Positions 59,901 to 64,000 of a DNA stretch of 64,000 bases are shown one piece after another. Position 1 is the stretch's first letter. Every line of letters begins with the position of its first letter. The stretch is from assembly GCA_964036045.1 (NCBI GenBank), contig OZ038378.1, positions 165,230,001 to 165,294,000 on the forward strand, in the 5' to 3' direction. Origin of the DNA: Eutreptiella sp. 'Long Island Sound 2002'. Taxonomy: Eukaryota; Protista; Euglenida. A program made the position numbers and the translations under genes. The notes beneath the pieces are model-generated. The model saw only the letters and a list, made by a program, of their open reading frames with translations. It ran no database searches and was not told the DNA's origin.

Positions 59901-61990
59901 GATTTGTGTGTGTGGTGGCAGATGGGTGTGTGTGGTGGTGAATGGGATAATGACGCAATAAATTCTGTCCCAACCCTTAAAAATGCGTGTGTTAATTATG
60001 CCCATTTCTTGTAAAATTCTGTTGACCGAAACACTAGAGACGCCAAAAGGCTGCGGGGCCCAGGGCACTCCCGCCCCCTCACACGCGCTCCTACGTGCTG
60101 GTGAACATGCACACTTTTCACATGCTACGAATTGTTTGGTGCATTTGGTTGTGGTCGTGTTGTTGGCCTTGACCCACAACGCTTCGAACCACGGCCACAA
60201 GAACTTGTCATTTCAGTCTGATACTTCACCATTCCCACCTACGTAAACGCCTTGGTCCACCAAAAGCCGCCAATCACTTGCAGTGGCGACCCGTTTGTCA
60301 CCGCTTGAAAACCGCCAACCCACATCGTGTGCCGGATGGTTGTACATAATCTCCAACGTTGACAGTAAATTCAAATCCAATAAATGGTGTTGTGGAAGCA
60401 TTTGGATATGGCATTTGTTGTGTAGGTTGTGGATTTGCATTCCTACATTTGTTCACTGACGGAGAACAACGGAAACACCGGATTTGCCGAAGGTACGTAG
60501 CAGTGTAAAAAGGGTGACAGAACCCCTCCCCCCCCATCCCAACCCTCACCCCCCCCCCCGCCCCCCCGGTACTGCACAAGGCATAAAGCACAAAGCACGG
60601 GCACAGGGCACAGGGCGCAAGGCACAGTACATAAAGCACCTTCGGTGAGTACAGGCACGCGACTTTACTGGGGTGGTTGGGGGTGCTGGCCTCAACGTAG
60701 GCGTAGGGGGCGCTGCTGGGCCCCTGTGCGGGCCCGGTGCCGCGAGAGGGGGTCGTCCCTGTGGCCTCGGTCCACAAAAAGTCGCCATCGGTGGTCCACC
60801 AGTGGGTGCAGAAGAAGCGTGACGCACACGCGGTGGGGCTGGCTGCAGCACAAAAGAGGGCAGTGAACGGGGGTCGCGACTGCAATGCCCTGCTCTCAGT
60901 CTCTAACCCGCCCCCGCTCCCTCCCCCTGTCCCTCCCCGTGTCCCTCCCCCTGTCCTCTCCCACTGCAGAGTGTCCGAGCAGCCAGTGCACACGCCCCCT
61001 GGCCGGACCCCTCCCCTCTCCTCAAAAAAAGAGTTTAATAGACAAGGGCCCCAAAATCCAAGGTCTGGGATGAAGCCCACGACCTCCGGAGGCCCCGAAA
61101 CTCACAAACAGCAAAGACGGTATTTTTGGAATCAGCGGCGAGGGGCCACCAGCGTGCGGCGGGGGAGGCGATTTTCGTTCGAGGTCCCACACCATGTGCC
61201 ACTCAGTACTACCCGTTGCCATACCTTGGTATGGCCCACCCATAACTTGGTAGGAAGCAGCTGCATTCAGTGCATGGGTCATAAGGACCCAGCCCCATCC
61301 GATCATGTCGGATGCAACGGACTAGTGGCGAGTCTGGTCCAAGAAATCATCATGTGCGTGAGTGTGTCTGCGCGTGTGAGTGTGCGGGTGCAACACCGGG
61401 GTAAGCACAATGAGGGGCGCGGCGGATGCCCACACTGAGCCAGTGGATACCCAGAGCCAAACCCAAAGCCTCTGCCTCACCCCACTGCCTCTGCCTCTGC
61501 CGCTGCCTCTGCCTCTCCCTCTGCCTCTCCCTCTGCCTCTCCCTTTGCCTTTGCCTCTACCTCTGCATGTCAGTCTGTCCCTCTCTCTGCCTCTGCCTCT
61601 GTCTCTGCCTCTGCCTCTGCCTCTGCCTCTGCCTCTGCCTCTGCCTCTGCCTCTGCCTCTGCCTCTGCCTCTGCCTCTGCCTCTGCCTCTGCCTCTGCCT
61701 CTGCCTCTGCCTCTGCCTCTGCCTCACCCTCTGCCTCTGCCTCTGCCCCTGTCTCTTGCCTCTCCCTCTGCCTCTCCCTCACGTGCTGCGCCGGGGAGAG
61801 GTCCAACCTTCGTTGAAAGCCACGATGGTACCCGCCCGCGATGTGACGCGGAAGCAACTGTCGCTGGGCTCAAGGCAGTCCTGCACCGGTTCGGTCAGGT
61901 TTCGGCCAACGGACCACCCTCTCTCATATTCGTAGAACAGGACCCGCTCGAAAGTGGAGGCCACGGAGAGCTCCAGCGTCACTGCGGAGT
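20300..61990 (-). CDS. Multi-exon receptor-like mono-ADP-ribosyltransferase: MAM, 7 RCC1, stalk, 3 TM, LIM-like, ankyrin-like, WWE, ART (5' end beyond this span)
   Basis: Exons 61990-61808, 60842-60640, 58169-57911, 56281-56153, 53437-53285, 52447-52283, 49003-48854, 46149-45997, (32248-32180 optional), 31615-31454, 30611-30462, 28628-27812, 26458-24281, 22270-21558 and 21168-20300. All junctions are GT-AG and all phases are compatible, giving about 2,100 aa. Confidence 0.75.
21229..21507 (+). repeat. (GAGT)n / (GAGG)n microsatellite in an intron
   Basis: Directly visible. Confidence 0.95.
21558..22270 (-). CDS. Exon encoding the ART catalytic core (R-S-E class)
   Basis: [13 protein letters not shown] and [17 protein letters not shown]; acceptor TTTACCCAG; donor GTATGC. 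Confidence 0.9.
23712..23910 (-). pseudogene. Ty3/Gypsy reverse-transcriptase N-terminal fragment in an intron
   Basis: [19 protein letters not shown]...[27 protein letters not shown]. Confidence 0.65.
24281..26458 (-). CDS. Large exon: TM3, LIM-like Zn finger, ankyrin-like repeat, WWE domain, ART N-terminal helices
   Basis: [16 protein letters not shown]; [19 protein letters not shown]; [19 protein letters not shown]; [21 protein letters not shown]...NVRCR. VFVYTYE...IYKEIN joins SAMRK across intron 24280-22271. Confidence 0.8.
26904..27247. mobile_element. hAT-type MITE family A, copy 1 (344 bp)
   Basis: Imperfect TIRs CAGGACGTTTTTGAATGG and CCACTAAAAAATGCCCTG; exact 8-bp TSD CTGCTGGA (26896-26903 and 27248-27255); internal GGCGGTT repeats. 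Confidence 0.9.
27812..28628 (-). CDS. Exon: Pro/Thr-rich stalk, globular juxtamembrane segment, TM1 and TM2
   Basis: [21 protein letters not shown]; [23 protein letters not shown]; [16 protein letters not shown] joined in phase 2 to FVLLNTL. The exact acceptor is uncertain. Confidence 0.65.
30462..30611 (-). CDS. RCC1 repeat exon 7
   Basis: [14 protein letters not shown]...[14 protein letters not shown]; phase 1-1, 150 nt. Confidence 0.85.
31454..31615 (-). CDS. RCC1 repeat exon 6
   Basis: [15 protein letters not shown]...[14 protein letters not shown]; phase 1-1, 162 nt. Confidence 0.85.
32180..32248 (-). CDS. Possible 69-nt linker exon
   Basis: CCCCCCGCAG acceptor, open frame [23 protein letters not shown], phase 1-1; weak donor. 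Confidence 0.35.
32560..32940 (+). repeat. Degenerate GAGGCGCCC tandem arrays
   Basis: Two blocks of about 12-nt units (32560-32720 and 32850-32940). Confidence 0.7.
34713..40012 (-). pseudogene. LINE ORF2: APE endonuclease, RT, RNase H, C-terminal Zn knuckle; one in-frame stop and one frameshift
   Basis: APE: FLSLNVQ, VSLQEV, GDIN, LDHFL, SDHSPI. RT: [30 protein letters not shown]. RNase H: IHDAS, SYQAELY, FSDS. Zn: CPFCG..RHYVDSC. TGA at 38918-38920 is directly followed by an in-frame ATG; a 1-nt frameshift lies near 37120. Confidence 0.85.
40050..42929 (-). CDS. Putative ORF1 region of the retroelement (three consecutive ORFs; coiled coil plus RRM-like segment)
   Basis: Coiled coil [27 protein letters not shown] in 40948..42024; alpha/beta segment in 40050..40856; position upstream of ORF2. 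Confidence 0.45.
43079..43152 (-). ncRNA. tRNA-derived 74-nt sequence with A and B boxes; not a functional tRNA
   Basis: GGGACCG-TGGTCTAGCGG...GGTTCGAATCC...GGGCTGCA; the acceptor stem does not pair. Confidence 0.55.
44283..44870 (-). CDS. Orphan 195-aa ORF at the 5' side of the retroelement
   Basis: Basic NLS-like N-terminus ([11 protein letters not shown]) and a globular core. Confidence 0.4.
   Translation of the reverse strand: MPLPCCLVPAMGKDKRKRSDEGYKNQRRRSAARYASRIAGEKAPLCPAYILHVHSRETIELRLVPPVSQQHTESAFQRFRGAVITALRPVLPDVRWIPHTVKPPSQHYHPRWWRLHRDNSKYGYVTVELTSHNGPARFRILGSANMINEIARGLFPPMDYESACRLPSRGNDDSDRRGPDADPGAGAGAGILAGV
45997..46149 (-). CDS. RCC1 repeat exon 5
   Basis: [15 protein letters not shown]...[14 protein letters not shown]; phase 1-1, 153 nt. 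Confidence 0.85.
46332..46698. mobile_element. hAT-type MITE family A, copy 2 (367 bp)
   Basis: TIRs CAGGACGTTTTTTAATGG and CCACTAAAAAATGACCTG; exact 8-bp TSD CCACAATC (46324-46331 and 46699-46706); about 12 internal copies of the 21-mer GGAGGGTAACCGAYGGCGGTT. Confidence 0.9.
47220..47567. mobile_element. MITE family B with nested inverted repeats
   Basis: Outer [33 protein letters not shown] / GGGGCTCATACGACCCCTCCCCCCCTTTGGGGCAA; inner IR GGGGCTCTTTTGTCAG / CTGACAGAAGAGCCCC; shared core AAATGAAAATG..TTTGGAATCAGC. Confidence 0.7.
48854..49003 (-). CDS. RCC1 repeat exon 4
   Basis: [13 protein letters not shown]...[13 protein letters not shown]; phase 1-1, 150 nt. Confidence 0.85.
49683..50863. 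mobile_element. About 1.2-kb non-autonomous TIR element family C, copy 1, within (TA)n
   Basis: TIR CTACACCCCTCTCCC / GGGAGAGGGGTGTAG; internal sub-repeat GGGATGCTCAAACAAGTG; similar over its length to 51035-52064. Confidence 0.75.
50946..51026. mobile_element. 81-bp mini TIR element within (TA)n
   Basis: Perfect IR GGCATAAGTGGG / CCCACTTATGCC flanked by TATA. Confidence 0.65.
51035..52064. mobile_element. TIR element family C, copy 2
   Basis: Same termini and interior as copy 1; followed by ATTGGAGGA(TA)n. Confidence 0.75.
52283..52447 (-). CDS. RCC1 repeat exon 3
   Basis: [15 protein letters not shown]...[14 protein letters not shown]; phase 1-1, 165 nt. Confidence 0.85.
52681..53029. 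mobile_element. MITE family B-related element
   Basis: IRs GGGGTCGATAGAGCC / GGCTCTATGGACCCC and AAAAGGGGCTCAATTGA / TCAATTGAGCCCTTTT; same internal core as the 47.3-kb element. Confidence 0.65.
53285..53437 (-). CDS. RCC1 repeat exon 2
   Basis: [15 protein letters not shown]...[13 protein letters not shown]; phase 1-1, 153 nt. Confidence 0.85.
56153..56281 (-). CDS. RCC1 repeat exon 1 (shortened)
   Basis: CYLMGYG...SPQPL...[14 protein letters not shown]; phase 1-1, 129 nt. Confidence 0.75.
57911..58169 (-). CDS. MAM domain, C-terminal exon
   Basis: [17 protein letters not shown]...LWLRKGPQ...W...VRFVAVTG...DAAI; phase 0-1. Confidence 0.85.
58318..58440 (+). pseudogene. Isolated C3HC4 RING-finger coding segment, antisense within an intron
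   Basis: CPVC-x11-CGH-x2-C-x2-C-x12-CVPC fits the RING-HC spacing; no full gene seen. Confidence 0.4.
59760..59940 (+). repeat. About 21-bp GT-rich minisatellite (also at 58190-58275)
   Basis: GTGGTGGTTGGATGGGTGTGT units. Confidence 0.85.
60640..60842 (-). CDS. MAM domain, N-terminal exon
   Basis: [28 protein letters not shown]...YAYVEAS...ACLYSP; phase 1-0, joins [14 protein letters not shown]. Confidence 0.85.
61480..61790 (+). repeat. (CTCTGC)n microsatellite
   Basis: Directly visible. Confidence 0.95.
61808..61990 (-). CDS. Upstream extracellular exon of the receptor-like ART gene
   Basis: TGCTGCAG acceptor, open frame [12 protein letters not shown]...TIVAFNE, GT donor; phase 1-1, 183 nt. 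Confidence 0.6.
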
Positions 61991-62288
61991 CTGCAGCACA
62001 GGACATGTGCGTGTAAAAAGGCCCAGAGGCGTTGGGAAGTGGGAGGCGAGGGAAAACTGGTACCCTAGCCCAGGACCGTGCCGGTGCGCTACATTAGGAA
62101 AGGTTATGGCACAGTGTTCAAAGTAGTGGACATCTGTCAGCCGACAGCTATTGGCGGACCGCCAACAGCATTTGGCCAGTAGCCGACAGCGGTTGGCAGT
62201 TGACCGGTTGACTGGAGCGGGTAGCTCAGTGATTAGGAACCTTGGTTTCAGGAACATTCAGGTCCGAATCCAGCAACCTGCAAATGAC

Positions 62289-62333
62289 CCTCCACTACTG
62301 AAGTGTATGCATTTATCCCTCCTGGTAGTGTGC
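62289..62333 (-). CDS. Possible 45-nt upstream exon
   Basis: CCTTGTAG acceptor, open frame HYQEGINAYTSVVE, GT donor, phase 1-1. Confidence 0.3.
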
Positions 62334-62496
62334 TACAAGGACGGCAGGCACAAGGATCCCACATCGGCGTCCGTCACCCCGCTCATAAGTGCCAACCGCC
62401 GTCGGTCGACCGCCAACCGCCCCGGTGCTGGGGTTGCGCGGCCCCTCCGGGTTCGAACACGACGCTTCTCAGGGCCTCCTCTGCGTGTCACTCAGA

Positions 62497-62569
62497 GGGG
62501 TAGGCTGGGAATCGAACCCGTGGCGAGACACCCACGATTTTATGCCTCTGCCCACTGAACTACGGGAGT
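62497..62569 (-). ncRNA. tRNA-derived (SINE-head-like) sequence
   Basis: A box TAGTTCAGTGG and B box GGTTCGATTCC at tRNA spacing; stems degenerate. Confidence 0.5.
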
Positions 62570-63280
62570 ACCCCCCGGCAGTTTGCGGCTAACGGACGAG
62601 GATTGGCTGGTAATCGCTGGCGGTTCGAGGTAACTGCCGGTCAGGGGTCAACTGTTGTTTAAGAGGGGGGGTGGGGCAGGATGAAATTTTTCCAGTTCAA
62701 GGCACAACAGAGTACGACAGAGGGTATGATCACAGGGGGGTCAGAAATGACCAGAGCCCCAGGTGTCGGTATCTGGGGGGGAGGGGGGGGGCTTGGTCAA
62801 CGTAAGGTGCCCATGTTGGCAGTCCGGGGGGGAGGGGGGCTGGCTGCCTTAAATTGCCCACCATAAGCTGAGCCTAAGGCCTTGGGTCGGTAATTAACGG
62901 AAACTCATTAAGCGCTTGCTGACAGGGACCGTGAGCAATCAGAGCCTCAGTGCCTGTGTTCCAGGGAGCTACCCACCGCAGGCTCGCACCGTCCATCCAT
63001 CCAGAGCCCTGGGAGGGAGACGGGGGGGGGGGGGGTTCACCCTTTTCCTCATTTTCCAATTCACCGTTGGATTCTGAGCATTTTGACTTCACACCAAAGT
63101 GCGGCGGGGGGGCAAACATTGTGCCCACTGCCATGCGAACAAAATGTTTTCTCAGTGGCTTTGGCGCAGCAATTTTAGCCCATTCCCGCACAACTGTGCC
63201 CAATGAAACACCGGCATGTTGGAACCATTTCCGCGTTTCTCCACAGCCCCCAGTACGGGGGTAGGTGGGTTTTCAATATG

Positions 63281-63745
63281 GGGGTTCAGTAGAGCCCCCT
63301 GGCCGGACCTCCCCACCACCAACACCACCACCAAAATGCTCAAGTGACAGGTCCCCAAAATCCAACCGGAACCAACCCCGCCTCCGGCCCCGGAGGTGAC
63401 CCAGACCCAAATTTCGGAAGAAAATGAAAACGGCAGTTTTGGAATCAGCACATCGAGGGGGTTCAGAAAAGTCATCGTTTGCTACATATTTAGTGCAAAA
63501 AAAAAAACATTTCTAACGCCAAAAAAAAAATATTTATTCTATCTCTCATCACCTTACATGCTTGAACCAATGACCAACATTTGGCCAGCTTAGCCTTCTT
63601 CGTCCTTCGTAACTAAAATAATATGCAGTACAGGAATATTAACCTGTTATCCATCGACTACGCGGTTCATCATGACTGACCAATGGCCTTGACAATTGAG
63701 CCCTTTTTCCAGAGCCCCCCACAGTTTTCGGGGGCTTCAGTGTGC
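63281..63745. mobile_element. MITE family B-related element (degenerate)
   Basis: Core AAATGAAAAC..TTTTGGAATCAGCACATCGAGGGGGTTCAGAAAAG and ACAATTGAGCCCTTTTT shared with the 52.7-kb and 47.3-kb elements. Confidence 0.55.
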
Positions 63746-64000
63746 TGCATGGTCCGGTCGTGGCTGTCAACTGCAATCAAATGATCATCAAACGCCGTCA
63801 GCAGGCCATTCATCGGCCTCGCTTGGCCGCGATCCCCGTGGGGTCTTTCACAAGTGGTCTTCATTGATCATTTACCCTTTTATTAAGGAATGTCCTCCGA
63901 AAATGACCAGTTCGTACCTGAAAGGAATGGCTCCCAAAACGACGTGGAAGTCTTGTGCAGTGGTAATGATGGGGGCCTGGGACGCGCGGTGAGCAGAGGG

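Overview
Eukaryotic, repeat-rich genomic DNA with long GT-AG introns. It looks like a protist, possibly a euglenid, but that is an inference from repeat and intron style only. There are four zones. (1) 1-4936: two head-to-tail copies of a decayed L1/Tx1-like LINE carrying RT, a zinc finger and RNase H. (2) About 4934-9110: a DNA-transposon-like cassette on the minus strand. It holds a DDE-type transposase with two premature stops and a ParB/Sulfiredoxin-fold gene that is only visible after removing two 71-73 nt introns. Seven copies of the 20-bp palindrome TTGCGCGAGGCCTCGCGCAA are confined to this cassette, two of them inside those introns. (3) About 9.1-20 kb: a lower-GC, intron-poor island of orphan ORFs, including a UPF0489/arginase-like protein, two tandem paralogues with a C-terminal F-box-like motif and a Ras-like pseudo-GTPase. 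No viral hallmark gene is visible. (4) 20.3 kb to at least 62 kb: one minus-strand gene reconstructed by hand from at least 14 phase-consistent exons (about 2,100 aa, 5' end not seen). It encodes MAM, 7 RCC1 repeats, a stalk, 3 TM segments, LIM-like, ankyrin-like, WWE and an R-S-ExE mono-ADP-ribosyltransferase, so it is a receptor-like ART. Its introns hold an approximately 11-kb APE-RT-RNase H retroelement, several MITE families (one with CAGG..CCTG ends and exact 8-bp TSDs), tRNA-derived heads and microsatellites. All domain calls come from motif recognition by eye, not from database searches.
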